The position numbers and the translations under genes were made by a program. Shown here in pieces: positions 55,109-64,000 of a DNA stretch of 64,000 nucleotides. The notes below the pieces were generated by a model, which did not search any database, was not told the DNA's origin, and was given only the letters and a program-made list of their open reading frames with translations. This DNA comes from a bacterium (GTDB taxonomy: Bacteria; Eisenbacteria; RBG-16-71-46), in the NCBI GenBank assembly GCA_043779265.1, contig JAYWEM010000001.1, positions 11,554 to 75,553 of the forward strand. The letters are read 5' to 3'. Position 1 is the stretch's first letter, and the number at the start of each line of letters is the position of its first letter.

Positions 55109-56362
55109 ATGATGCGAGCACTCTTCGCCGGCGTGTCCGGTCTGCGCAATCATCAGACGCGAATGGACGTCATCGGTAACAACATCGCCAACGTCAACAC
55201 CGTGGCGTTCAAGTCATCGCGCGTGACGTTCAAGGAGGCGTTCGTCCAGCTGCTGCAGGGCGCGTCGCGTCCTCCGGGCAATCAGGGCGGTATCAATCCG
55301 ATCCAGATCGGTACGGGCATGAACGTCGCCAGCATCGATCAGTTGTTCACGCAGGGCAGTCTCGAGAGCACCGGGCAGCCGCTCGACCTGGCGATCCAGG
55401 GCGACGCGCTGTTCGTGCTCGCCGACGGCCCCCGCACCCTGTTCACGCGAGCTGGCAACTTCCAGCTCGACGCCAACGGCCGCCTCATCTCGCCGAGCTC
55501 GGGCAACGTCGTCCAGGGCATCAATGCCGACTCGCTCGGTAACTTCTCGACGGGCTCGACCATCACCGACGTGCAGCTGCGTCTGGGTGAGAAGTCGCCG
55601 GCACAGGCGACGGGCAACGTCACGCTGTCGGGCAACCTCGACGCCAATGCGGCGATCGGCGCGACGCACACGATGGGAATCACCGTGTACGACTCGGCCG
55701 GCACGCCGCACGACATGCAGCTCACGTTCACGAACACGGGCGCGGGGGCCTGGAGCTGGCAGGGCAGCTCCGCCACGGCGACGGTGGCTCCGGCGGGATC
55801 CGGCACGGCGACGTTCAGCCCGACCGGCAGCCTGCTCGGCTTCACGTTCCCGGGCGGCGGCACGAACATCGCGATGACGCCGACGAGCGGTGGCGCTCCA
55901 TTCAATGTCGTGGTCAATCCCGGCACGATCAACGGCATCGACGGACTGGCGAGCTTCGCGAATCCGTCGAACGGCGTGATCAGCGGCCAGGATGGCTATC
56001 AATCGGGTAGCCTTCAGGGGATCAGCGTCGACAACTCGGGCATCATCACGGGCTACTTCACGAACGGCGTCTCGCGTGCGCTCGCACAGGTGGCGCTGGC
56101 GCAGTTCACGAATCCCTCGGGTCTGCTGCGAACGGGTGACAACACGTACTCGGAGTCGGCCAACTCGGGCGGCCCGGTGATCGGCTTCGCGGGCGGCACC
56201 ATCTCCTCCAGTATCACGCCCGGTGCACTCGAGGGTTCGAACGTCGACATCTCGCAGGAGTTCACCAACATGATCATCGCGCAGCGTGGCTTCCAGGCGA
56301 ACGCGCGAGTGATCTCGACGTCGGACGAGATGCTCAACGAGCTGGTGAACCTCCGCCGGTAA
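55109..56362 (+). CDS. flgE: flagellar hook protein FlgE
   Basis: 'MMRALFAGVSGLRNHQTRMDVIGNNIANVNTVAFK' and a C-terminal 'QEFTNMIIAQRGFQANARVISTSDEMLNELVNLRR'. Confidence 0.9.
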   Translation: MMRALFAGVSGLRNHQTRMDVIGNNIANVNTVAFKSSRVTFKEAFVQLLQGASRPPGNQGGINPIQIGTGMNVASIDQLFTQGSLESTGQPLDLAIQGDALFVLADGPRTLFTRAGNFQLDANGRLISPSSGNVVQGINADSLGNFSTGSTITDVQLRLGEKSPAQATGNVTLSGNLDANAAIGATHTMGITVYDSAGTPHDMQLTFTNTGAGAWSWQGSSATATVAPAGSGTATFSPTGSLLGFTFPGGGTNIAMTPTSGGAPFNVVVNPGTINGIDGLASFANPSNGVISGQDGYQSGSLQGISVDNSGIITGYFTNGVSRALAQVALAQFTNPSGLLRTGDNTYSESANSGGPVIGFAGGTISSSITPGALEGSNVDISQEFTNMIIAQRGFQANARVISTSDEMLNELVNLRR

Positions 56363-56380
56363 TCGCTGAGTCGAGTTGAA

Positions 56381-56418
56381 CGCCGGGCCCGGAGCCGCAG
56401 ATGGCTCCGGGCCCGGCG
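56381..56418 (+). terminator. perfect 15-bp GC hairpin downstream of flgE
   Basis: CGCCGGGCCCGGAGC-cgcagatg-GCTCCGGGCCCGGCG begins ~19 nt after the flgE stop. There is no U-tract, which is common in high-GC genomes. Coordinates approximate. Confidence 0.5.
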
Positions 56419-56600
56419 TGCTTCCGCCCGGACCGGAAGTTCCTGCCGCCTCCCCGGCATCTCCTGCACCGAGGCTCCGGAGTGGGTGCTCCGGAGAGGC
56501 CCATCGGCGACGGGCACCGGCGCTGGCAGAGCCCCGCAACTCACGCAGTCGCCGCCGTTTGGTCGCCTGCCCGAATCGCCTCGATCAGCCTGCAGCCCGA

Positions 56601-56615
56601 TGGCACATCCATTGC
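56601..56615 (+). promoter_or_regulatory. consensus sigma-54 promoter (-24 TGGCAC / -12 TTGC) for the fliL–flhA operon
   Basis: TGGCAC-atcca-TTGCg is an exact match to TGGCAC-N5-TTGC, ~50 nt upstream of the fliL ATG (56664). Two copies of the palindrome CTCCGGAG lie ~105–125 bp upstream, at about 56474–56496. Coordinates approximate. Confidence 0.55.
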
Positions 56616-56663
56616 GGTGTGCGAGGTGGAGCGTCGTCCATCCACCCATCGAGGCAGGGAGCC

Positions 56664-57281
56664 ATGAGCGAGACCAAGTCGGAGACCCCGGCGGCCAAGG
56701 AGGGCGCCGTGGGAGCGGAGGGCGCCAAGGCGAAGGCCGGCCCGCCCATCGTGCTGATCGCCGTCGTGCTGGTGGCTGTGATCGCGGGCGCCGCGCTCGG
56801 AGCATTCCTCATCGCGCCGCCGATGATCCAGTCGAAGCAGAAGGCCGAGTTGGCGACACGCATCGCGGAGGCTGAGGCGGGGCCGGACGCGAAGAAGAAG
56901 AAGAAGGACAAGGGGAAGGGCAAGAAGAAGGACGATGGACACGGCGGCGGACATGGCGGCGATGCCTCCAAGTCGCCGATCTACCGTGTCGACAACGTCA
57001 TCGTGAACCCGGCGGGATCACACGGCCAACGATTCCTCATGTGCTCGGTCGCGGTCCAGCTGGATGATGAGGCGCTGGTCGAGGTGTTGCGCGCCCGTGA
57101 CGTCGAAGTCCGCGACCTCGTCATCTCGACGCTCGAGTCGAACACACTCGCTCAGCTGACCCAGCCGGGCGCGCGAGACACGTTGCGCATTCGTCTCACT
57201 CACGTGCTGCAGCCCCTGCTCGATCACGAGGGCGAAGGCGCGCACATGCGGGTGTTCCTGCCGCAGTTCGTCATCCAGTGA
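56664..57281 (+). CDS. fliL: flagellar basal body-associated protein FliL
   Basis: Single N-terminal TM helix, Lys-rich low-complexity linker, C-terminal 'YRVDNVIVNPAGSHGQRFLMCSVAVQLDDE...' (FliL fold). Confidence 0.75.
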   Translation: MSETKSETPAAKEGAVGAEGAKAKAGPPIVLIAVVLVAVIAGAALGAFLIAPPMIQSKQKAELATRIAEAEAGPDAKKKKKDKGKGKKKDDGHGGGHGGDASKSPIYRVDNVIVNPAGSHGQRFLMCSVAVQLDDEALVEVLRARDVEVRDLVISTLESNTLAQLTQPGARDTLRIRLTHVLQPLLDHEGEGAHMRVFLPQFVIQ

Positions 57282-57291
57282 GCGTCCTTCG

Positions 57292-58368
57292 ATGAGCGAC
57301 CTCCGCAACTTGGATGATCCGGACGGTCTCTACAAGCGGGGCCCGGCCGCGAACAAGATGACGTCGGACTCGCTGACCCAGCGCGAGATCGACACGATCC
57401 TCCAGCGCACGACCACGGTGCCGCTCGCGCCGGTGCTCGCCGAGGAGGTCGTTCCCTACAACTTCAGTCGGCCGCCTCGCATCTCCAAGGAGCGACGGGC
57501 GACGCTGGAGTCCATCTACGCGCGGTTCGCCCTGTCGTTGCAGGGGTTGCTCAGCTCCCTGCTGCGTACGCCCGTCGACATCGACGCGAGCAGCATCGAG
57601 CAGTCCATGTTCTCGGAGTTCATCCTCTCGCTCGGCCGTCCCTGTGCTTCCTTCATCTTCAACGTGGGTGACCGCCTGGGAGCGCAGGGGGCGATGGATC
57701 TCAGCACCGATTTCTCCTTCCACTTCGTCGACCGGCTGTTCGGCGGACCCGGCGATGCCGTCGATCTCCAGCGCTCCCTCACGCCACTCGAACAGTCCGT
57801 GGTCCGGAATTTAAGCGACCGCACGCTCGGACTGCTTCGCGAAGCCTGGGCGGAGCACCTCCCGATCAATCCCAAGGTGACCGGTTTCGAGTCGAATCCC
57901 GAGATGCTGCAGATCACGAGCCGCGAGGACAACGTGCTGGTGACGAACCTCGAGATCCGCTCGGCGTCGTACCAGGGGTTCATCTCGCTGTGTCTGCCGA
58001 TGGCCGCGCTCGAGACGTTCCTCCAGGAGAAGGGCATGGCCCGCCAGAGCGTGCGGCTGTCCGAGTCGGAGCAGGGTGACCAGCGCCGGCTCGCGATCGG
58101 TGGACTGCAGCACGCGCATGTCTCCGGCTCCGCCCGCCTGCCGCAGTTGTGGCTCACCGCGCGTCAGATCTCCGAACTGGCCCCGGGCCGCGTGCTGCAG
58201 ACGTCGCACCCGGTCGACGCTCCCATCGAACTTCATCTCAATGGCCGGCTCCGGTTCATCGGCGCGCTCGGTCAGGTCCGTCGTCAACTCGGGCTCCGTA
58301 TCTCGGAGCGCGTTCACACACCGGATGCCGAAAGGCCCGTCCGGACTCGTCAGGGGAGGGTGATGTGA
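57292..58368 (+). CDS. fliM: flagellar motor switch protein FliM
   Basis: N-terminal 'LTQREIDTIL' (CheY-P binding-like), then 'EVVPYNFSRPPRISKERRATLE', a CheC-like middle and a SpoA-like C-terminus. Confidence 0.85.
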   Translation: MSDLRNLDDPDGLYKRGPAANKMTSDSLTQREIDTILQRTTTVPLAPVLAEEVVPYNFSRPPRISKERRATLESIYARFALSLQGLLSSLLRTPVDIDASSIEQSMFSEFILSLGRPCASFIFNVGDRLGAQGAMDLSTDFSFHFVDRLFGGPGDAVDLQRSLTPLEQSVVRNLSDRTLGLLREAWAEHLPINPKVTGFESNPEMLQITSREDNVLVTNLEIRSASYQGFISLCLPMAALETFLQEKGMARQSVRLSESEQGDQRRLAIGGLQHAHVSGSARLPQLWLTARQISELAPGRVLQTSHPVDAPIELHLNGRLRFIGALGQVRRQLGLRISERVHTPDAERPVRTRQGRVM

Positions 58369-58691
58369 GTCTCCAGGATCCCGTTCCGGATCTGCCTTCG
58401 ATCTCCGAAGTCGTCATGGAGGATGCGGTGGGGCCGCCCTCGTTCGATGCACTGCTCGATGTCTCCATGCCGGTGGCGATCGAGATCGGCCGTGCCAGCA
58501 TGACCGTGGCGGAGATCCTGCAGGTTGGGGTCGGCTCGGTCGTCCAGCTCGATCGCATCGTCGGCGAGCCGGTGGACATCTATGTGAGCGATCGCCGCTT
58601 CGCGCAGGGTGAGGTCGTGGTCGTGGGCGAGCACTTCGGTGTTCGGATCACCCGCGTGCTCGGCCAGGTGGCTTCACAAGAGGCGGCCTGA
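58365..58691 (+). CDS. fliN: flagellar motor switch protein FliN
   Basis: SpoA domain 'VAIEIGRASMTVAEILQVGVGSVVQLDRIVGEPVDIYVSDRRFAQGEVVVVGEHFGVRI'. GTG start overlaps the fliM stop. Confidence 0.85.
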   Translation: MSLQDPVPDLPSISEVVMEDAVGPPSFDALLDVSMPVAIEIGRASMTVAEILQVGVGSVVQLDRIVGEPVDIYVSDRRFAQGEVVVVGEHFGVRITRVLGQVASQEAA

Positions 58692-58695
58692 CCCG

Positions 58696-59949
58696 ATGCT
58701 CGCACTTCTCGGCCCGCTCGCCATCGCGCTCGGATTGTGTGCTCTCGCGGCTGCCGTGCTCCGTCGCTGGCCCATGAACGGCCTGACCCGAGGCTCCGCC
58801 TGCACGCTGCGTGTCCTGCAGCGCACGTCGGTGGGGCCGCGTCAGGGTGTCGCACTGCTCCAGGTCGATGAACGCGTGCTCGTCGTCTCGCTCGGCGACG
58901 ATGGTGCCCGCCTCCTCACGGAACTCGAGGGTGAATCGCGGATCCGTGCCCTGGCCTCGCTGCCCCCGGCGCCCGTGGCCGGCGCCCCGCTCCTGAGCTT
59001 CCCGGCCGAGCTGAAGGCGTTGCGCGTCATGTTCACCCGAGGCGCTCGTTCGGTCGGTTCGCGTGCCGCCGCCCTGATGCTGGCGACGCTGATGCTGACC
59101 GCGAGTGCGTACGCGCAGACGTCGACTCCGCCGACCTCGACCTCACTTCCTCCGGGCGTGCGGTCGCTGATTCCTCCTCCGGTTGCCGTCCCGGGTCCCG
59201 CCAAGGGGCCGGTGGCCAACACGGCCGCCCAGCCGCGGTCGTCGAGGCTGCCCGGTCCGGTCGTCACCCCGCCGCCGATGCCCGAGGTCGACATCCGCAT
59301 CGGCGAGGGCAAGGACCAGATCCGCCTCTCGGGAGCCGTCGGGCTCGTCGTGTTCCTCGGCGTGCTCACGTTGCTGCCTGCGCTGTTCCTCCTGATGACC
59401 AGCTTCACACGCATCCTGATCGTGATGCACTTCCTGCGCTCGGCGCTCGGCACACAGACGACGCCGCCGTCGCAGCTGCTCGTCGCGCTCTCGGTGCTGC
59501 TCACCGGTGTGGTGATGCACCCGGTGCTCGAGCAGACGAATCAGCAGGCGCTGCAGCCTTACTTCCAAGGGCAGATCACTCAGGCCGAGGCCTACACGCA
59601 GGCCGTGGCGCCGTTCCGCGACTTCATGTTGCGCAACGTCCGCGAGCAGGACCTCGCCACGTTCGCTCGGCTGGCCCGCATCGACGAAGTGTCCGATGAG
59701 AGCGAACTGCCGACGCTCGTCGTGGTCTCCGCATTCGTCATCAGCGAGCTTCGCATCGCGTTCCAGATGGGATTCGTCCTCTATCTGCCTTTCGTCGTGA
59801 TCGATGTCATCGTCGCCTCCGTCCTCATGAGTCTGGGTATGTTCATGCTGCCGCCGATCATGATCTCCATGCCGCTCAAGCTCCTGCTCTTCGTGCTGGC
59901 GGATGGCTGGTCGTTGATCGTCCAGAACCTCGTCGCGAGCTTCCGCTAG
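58696..59949 (+). CDS. fliP: FliO–FliP in-frame fused ORF (FliO-like N-terminal 111 aa, then complete FliP with its signal peptide)
   Basis: Residues 1–111 are FliO-like: one TM helix followed by 'RVLQRTSVGPRQGVALLQVDERVLVVSLGDDGARLL'. There is no stop codon before an in-frame ATG (~59029) that starts a typical FliP signal peptide 'MFTRGARSVGSRAAALMLATLMLTASAYAQ'. A Pro-rich linker follows, then FliP motifs 'LMTSFTRILIVMHFLRSALGTQTTPPSQ'. Confidence 0.75.
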   Translation: MLALLGPLAIALGLCALAAAVLRRWPMNGLTRGSACTLRVLQRTSVGPRQGVALLQVDERVLVVSLGDDGARLLTELEGESRIRALASLPPAPVAGAPLLSFPAELKALRVMFTRGARSVGSRAAALMLATLMLTASAYAQTSTPPTSTSLPPGVRSLIPPPVAVPGPAKGPVANTAAQPRSSRLPGPVVTPPPMPEVDIRIGEGKDQIRLSGAVGLVVFLGVLTLLPALFLLMTSFTRILIVMHFLRSALGTQTTPPSQLLVALSVLLTGVVMHPVLEQTNQQALQPYFQGQITQAEAYTQAVAPFRDFMLRNVREQDLATFARLARIDEVSDESELPTLVVVSAFVISELRIAFQMGFVLYLPFVVIDVIVASVLMSLGMFMLPPIMISMPLKLLLFVLADGWSLIVQNLVASFR

Positions 59950-59951
59950 TC

Positions 59952-60224
59952 ATGTCCGGCGCCCTCGGCATCGATCTCTTGAGACAGGCGGTCATGCTGT
60001 CCTTGCAGGTGGCGGCTCCGATGCTGGCCACGGCGTTGATCGTCGGTCTACTGGTCAGCGTGTTCCAGGCGGTGACGCAGCTCCAGGAGCAGACGCTGAC
60101 GTTCATCCCGAAGCTCCTGGTCATCGCGACCGTGTTCATCCTCGCGCTGCCGTGGGCGCTGAATCGCCTGGTCGAGTACATGGCGATGATCCTGCGCAGT
60201 CTGCCGGCGGTGGCGGCCTCGTGA
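59952..60224 (+). CDS. fliQ: flagellar export apparatus protein FliQ
   Basis: 90 aa with two TM helices; 'LLRQAVMLSLQVAAPMLATALIVGLLVSVFQAVTQLQEQTLTFIPK'. Confidence 0.9.
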   Translation: MSGALGIDLLRQAVMLSLQVAAPMLATALIVGLLVSVFQAVTQLQEQTLTFIPKLLVIATVFILALPWALNRLVEYMAMILRSLPAVAAS

Positions 60225-61012
60225 ATGTGATCCCCGAGTTCCTCCGCACCGCGTGGTCGCCCGAGAACTGGCCGACCTTCGTGCTGCTGACCGCTCGCAT
60301 CGGCGGCCTGATGTCCACGGCGCCGCTGTGGTCGATGACCGCCATCCCGATGCGACTGCGCTCGGCGATCACGGTGCTGATCGGGCTCGTGCTCCTGCCG
60401 GGGACGAAGCCCGTTCCCGCGCCGGTGGATGTGGTCGGATTCCCGCTCCCCGTCGCCACCGAGATGATCATCGGCATCGCGATCGGGTTGGTGGCGGCCG
60501 TGCTGGTGCATGCAGCGACGATGGCGGGCGAAGTGCTCTCGCTCCAGATGGGACTGTCGCTCGGACCGGCGTACTCGCCCGTGCCCGAGATGCAGGTGAG
60601 CGGTGTCGCTCCCTTCGTCTCCCTCATGGCGTTGTTCGTCTATGTCGCCGTCGGGGGCCATCTCGTGATGCTCGAGGGCCTCGCTCGCTCGATCGAACTG
60701 CTCCCTCCGGGAGGCGGGGCGAACTTGGGCGGAGGAACGCTGCTCGTGGTCGCGGCCAATCAGATGTTCACGTGCGCCGTGACGATCGCGGGCCCGGTGA
60801 TGGCGACGCTGCTGCTCGTCAACGTGGCCCTCGCGATCCTCAGCCGAGCCGTGCCGCAGATCAACGCCATGCTCATCTCGTTCCCGGTCTCGATCGGCGT
60901 CGGTCTCCTGATGCTGGCCGCTTCGATGCCCTTGGTCTCCTCCACGACCGCCCAATGGTTCGGCGAGGTCCCCACGCAGATCGAGCGCGTGTTGGACACG
61001 CTGATGCCCTGA
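60221..61012 (+). CDS. fliR: flagellar export apparatus protein FliR
   Basis: Six-TM protein following fliQ. GTG start overlaps the fliQ stop (GTGA). Confidence 0.85.
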   Translation: MNVIPEFLRTAWSPENWPTFVLLTARIGGLMSTAPLWSMTAIPMRLRSAITVLIGLVLLPGTKPVPAPVDVVGFPLPVATEMIIGIAIGLVAAVLVHAATMAGEVLSLQMGLSLGPAYSPVPEMQVSGVAPFVSLMALFVYVAVGGHLVMLEGLARSIELLPPGGGANLGGGTLLVVAANQMFTCAVTIAGPVMATLLLVNVALAILSRAVPQINAMLISFPVSIGVGLLMLAASMPLVSSTTAQWFGEVPTQIERVLDTLMP

Positions 61013-61021
61013 GAGGACGCC

Positions 61022-62104
61022 ATGGCGGAAGACGAAGGCCAGGACAGGACCGAGGACCCCACCGGGAAACGACGCGAGCAGGCGCGTGAGGAAGGCCAGA
61101 TCGCGCGCAGCCCCGATCTCGCGGCGGTCGCGATGCTGCTCGCAGGCGCTGGCGTCCTCGCGGCATCGGGCGGGGCGCCCCTTGCGGATTTCGCCGTCGG
61201 CGTGACGCGAAGCTCGGCGGCGTCCCTGTCGGCGGGTGAGCTCACCTCCGCCGGCGCCACACAGATGCTCACGGGGATCGTCACCGGCTTGCTTCGCGCA
61301 CTCGCCCCGTTCGCGATCGGCGTGACGCTGGTCACGATCCTCGTCCAGGTGGCGCAGACGCGCGGCCTGTTCACGACCAAGCCGCTCACCCCCAAGCTGT
61401 CCCACTTGAATCCGGTCAGCGGGATCAAGCGGATCGTCGGCATGGATGGCGTCGTCAATCTGTTGAAGGCGGTACTGAAGACGGCGGCCCTGGGCGCGGT
61501 CACGGCGTCCGTTCTGCACCAGTCGTGGCCCGAACTGATGTCGCTGGCCGAGCAGGGAGCGCCGGCGATTGCAGCGGTGATGGGCGGGCTCACGTTCAAG
61601 CTGACGGTGATCACGGGTCTCGCGTTCGCGGTCGTGGCCATCGCCGACTACGGCTACCAGTGGTACAAGAGCGAAAAGCAACTCAAGATGACGAAGCAGC
61701 AGGTCAAGCACGAGGGTCGCGAGTCCGACGGCGATCCGCACGTGAAGGCCCGCATTCGCTCGATGCAGCGCCAGCTCGCCCGCCAGCGCATGCTGCAGGC
61801 GGTTGCCACGGCCGACGTCGTGGTCACGAACCCGACGCACATCGCCGTCGCCCTGCGCTACGATCCCTCGGTCAGTCCGGCTCCGATCGTGGTCGCAATG
61901 GGCGAGCGCAAGCTCGCCGAGCGCATCAAGGCCATCGCACGCGCGGCCGCCGTGCCGACGATCGAGAACAAGCCCATCGCGCGGGCGCTGCTCGCGACCT
62001 CGTCGATCGGACATCCCATCCCGCCGGCGCTTTACGCGGCTGTCGCCGAGATCCTGGCCTTCGTCTATCGCCGACGTCGGGCGAATGAAGGGGCGGCGGC
62101 GTGA
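61022..62104 (+). CDS. flhB: flagellar export switch protein FlhB
   Basis: 'EDPTGKRREQAREEGQIARS', four TM helices and the NPTH autocleavage motif ('VVVTNPTHIAVAL'). Confidence 0.9.
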   Translation: MAEDEGQDRTEDPTGKRREQAREEGQIARSPDLAAVAMLLAGAGVLAASGGAPLADFAVGVTRSSAASLSAGELTSAGATQMLTGIVTGLLRALAPFAIGVTLVTILVQVAQTRGLFTTKPLTPKLSHLNPVSGIKRIVGMDGVVNLLKAVLKTAALGAVTASVLHQSWPELMSLAEQGAPAIAAVMGGLTFKLTVITGLAFAVVAIADYGYQWYKSEKQLKMTKQQVKHEGRESDGDPHVKARIRSMQRQLARQRMLQAVATADVVVTNPTHIAVALRYDPSVSPAPIVVAMGERKLAERIKAIARAAAVPTIENKPIARALLATSSIGHPIPPALYAAVAEILAFVYRRRRANEGAAA

Positions 62105-64000
62105 GCTCGATCGGCCTGACAACGCCGCCGGCTGCGGTTCCACCGATGGGGGGAGGCGCCTCGACGCGTCCCGCTCCCGGCAAGGGCACCTCCGGCCGAG
62201 GCGCCCCTCCGGGGGGCCGTCGGCCATCGCTGCGCTTGCCCGCTGCGGCTGAAACGCTCGTCGGACTGGGCGTCGTCACGATCGTCGCACTGCTCATCGT
62301 TCCGCTGCCGCCGTTCATCCTCGATGCGCTTCTGGCGCTGTCCTTCGCGCTGTCGATCGTCGTGCTGTTGGTCACACTGTCCTGCCGTGAGCCGCTCGAG
62401 TTCAGCATCTTCCCGACGCTGCTGCTGCTGCTCACACTGTTCCGACTCGGACTCAATGTCAGTAGTACGAGGCTGATCCTCGCGACCGGACAGGCCGGTG
62501 AGGTGATCCACGCCTTCGGTCAGTTCGTCGTCGGTGGCAACGTCGTCGTCGGCCTCGTCATCTTCCTGATCCTGGTGGTCATCAACTTCATGGTGATCAC
62601 CAAGGGCGCCGGGCGCGTCGCTGAAGTCGCAGCGCGCTTCACGTTGGATGCCATGCCCGGTCGTCAGATGAGCATCGACGCGGACCTGTCCGCGGGGATC
62701 ATCGACGAGCACGAGGCTCGCCGCCGCCGCGAGGAGATCAGCCGCTACGCCGACTTCTACGGAGCGATGGACGGCTCCGCGAAGTTCGTGCGCGGGGATG
62801 CGGTCGCGGGGCTTGTCATCACCGCCATCAATCTGGTGGGTGGCTTCGTGATCGGGATGACCCAGCAGGGGATGAGCGCCGAAGATGCGCTGACCACGTT
62901 CACCCTGCTCTCGGTGGGTGATGGACTCGTGACCCAGATCCCGGCGCTCATCGTGAGCACGGCCTCGGGTCTGCTGGTGACCTACGGTTCGGGCGGTGTG
63001 GCGCTCGGACCGACCCTCAACGCCCAGCTGGCACGCGATCCCCGAGTCATGTGGATGGCGTCGGCCATCCTGACCCTGTTCGCACTCGTGCCCGGGTTGC
63101 CGACCTTGCCGTTCCTGACGCTCGCCGCAGCGTGCGCCGGTCTCGCGATGTGGCTCTCGCGTCAGGCGGATGCCGCCGAGCAGGAGGAGGCCGATGCCGT
63201 CGAACCCATGCCCACGCCATCGTCGCAGCCCGCGCTCAGCGAGGTGCTCGCGGTCGAGCCACTCGAACTCGAAGTCGGCTACGGGCTCATTCCGCTCATC
63301 GATGAGGCGCAAGGGGGTGACCTGCTGCAGCGCATCGGGATCCTCCGCAAGCAGCTCGCCTTCGAGTTGGGCATCCTCGTCCCCGCGGTTCGCATCCGCG
63401 ACAACATCCAGTTGAGCGCTCAGGAGTATCTGGTTCGCATCCGCGGCGTGAAGAGTTCGGGCGGCGAGATCATGCCGCGGCAGTTGTTCGCGCTCGATAC
63501 CGGCGGTGCGAGCGGAACGCTCGAGGGTGTGCATACCAAGGACCCGAGTTTCGGGCTGCCCGCGACCTGGATCGCACCCGATCGTCGTGCCTCCGCCGAG
63601 GCGCTCGGGTGGAGCGTCGTCGAGCCACCGACCGTGCTCGCCACGCATCTGATGGAGACCATCCGCCAGCACGCGGCCGAGCTGCTGACTCGCCAGCATG
63701 TCCGCGAACTGGTCGATGCGCTCAAGGAGACCCACCCGGCACTCGTCGACGACACGGTGCCCGGGCGAGTGCCGCTCGCCACGCTGCATCGCGTGATGCA
63801 GCGACTGCTCAAGGAGGGGCTCCCGGTTCGCGATCTGGCGACGATCCTCGAAGCGCTCTCCGATGCGTCGGAACTCACCAAGGATCCCGAGATGTTGACC
63901 GAGCACGCTCGGCGAGCGCTCGCACCCGTGCTCGCGCAGTTGCTCGGTGGCGGAGATCGCGCAGTGCGTGCGATCACGGTGGGTCCCCGCCTCGAGTTGA
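62101..64000 (+). CDS. flhA: flagellar export gate protein FlhA (3' end outside the window)
   Basis: 'LIVPLPPFILDALLALSFALSIVVLL', 'FPTLLLLLTLFRL', 'GRQMSIDADL' and a cytoplasmic FHIPEP domain. GTG start overlaps the flhB stop. ORF is open to the window end. Confidence 0.9.
   Translation, partial: MSSIGLTTPPAAVPPMGGGASTRPAPGKGTSGRGAPPGGRRPSLRLPAAAETLVGLGVVTIVALLIVPLPPFILDALLALSFALSIVVLLVTLSCREPLEFSIFPTLLLLLTLFRLGLNVSSTRLILATGQAGEVIHAFGQFVVGGNVVVGLVIFLILVVINFMVITKGAGRVAEVAARFTLDAMPGRQMSIDADLSAGIIDEHEARRRREEISRYADFYGAMDGSAKFVRGDAVAGLVITAINLVGGFVIGMTQQGMSAEDALTTFTLLSVGDGLVTQIPALIVSTASGLLVTYGSGGVALGPTLNAQLARDPRVMWMASAILTLFALVPGLPTLPFLTLAAACAGLAMWLSRQADAAEQEEADAVEPMPTPSSQPALSEVLAVEPLELEVGYGLIPLIDEAQGGDLLQRIGILRKQLAFELGILVPAVRIRDNIQLSAQEYLVRIRGVKSSGGEIMPRQLFALDTGGASGTLEGVHTKDPSFGLPATWIAPDRRASAEALGWSVVEPPTVLATHLMETIRQHAAELLTRQHVRELVDALKETHPALVDDTVPGRVPLATLHRVMQRLLKEGLPVRDLATILEALSDASELTKDPEMLTEHARRALAPVLAQLLGGGDRAVRAITVGPRLEL

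Noticed and set aside
56401-56667. 88-aa ORF in the flgE–fliL intergenic region
   Set aside because: It overlaps the proposed terminator, enhancer-like palindromes and sigma-54 promoter. Its composition is Pro/Arg-rich, and it has no RBS. It is more likely non-coding regulatory DNA.
1-64000. CRISPR arrays, integrases/transposases, prophage or obvious defence-system genes
   Set aside because: No regularly spaced direct repeats and no recombinase, transposase or nuclease-helicase defence signatures were found in any frame. The region reads as core chromosome with consistent GC.

Overview
High-GC (~70%) bacterial chromosomal segment. Four secreted proteins end in a shared C-terminal sorting-type domain of the kind seen in the FCB group (T9SS 'Por' tail / FlgD-Ig-like), which suggests a Gemmatimonadota-like organism, though this is inference only.

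- **5' third, ~1–23.5 kb:** housekeeping and envelope genes. These include a glgA 3' fragment, a membrane glycosyltransferase, lysC, tRNA-Gly(GCC), folE, GT2, a stomatin/NfeD pair and a STAS protein. There is a 1516-aa surface protein, a partner-switching pair (receiver-PP2C plus RsbW-like kinase), DUF4301, glgX with a secreted GH13 amylase, and msrB.
- **Middle, ~23.6–38.7 kb:** two divergent HD-GYP genes, then an FHA → HEAT-Ser/Thr-kinase → PilU → PilT operon. This is followed by a PIG-L deacetylase, a sodium:solute symporter with a coupled micro-ORF, a DUF2911-like protein and a PA-domain metalloprotease.
- **3' part, ~38.8–64 kb:** a large flagellar locus.
  - On the minus strand: CheY, FlgM, FlaF/FlbT, two tandem flagellins and flgL.
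  - On the plus strand: a sigma54 activator and flgBC-fliE-fliFGHIJ-flbB-like-fliK-flgDE.
  - A hairpin terminator follows flgE, then a consensus sigma54 promoter, then fliLMN-fliO/P(fused)-fliQR-flhB-flhA, with flhA running off the window.

No CRISPR array, integrase/transposase or recognisable defence system was seen. Many long ORFs in the six-frame track are antisense artefacts of the high GC and were not annotated. Coordinates given as approximate (promoters, hairpins, repeats) may be off by 1–2 nt.
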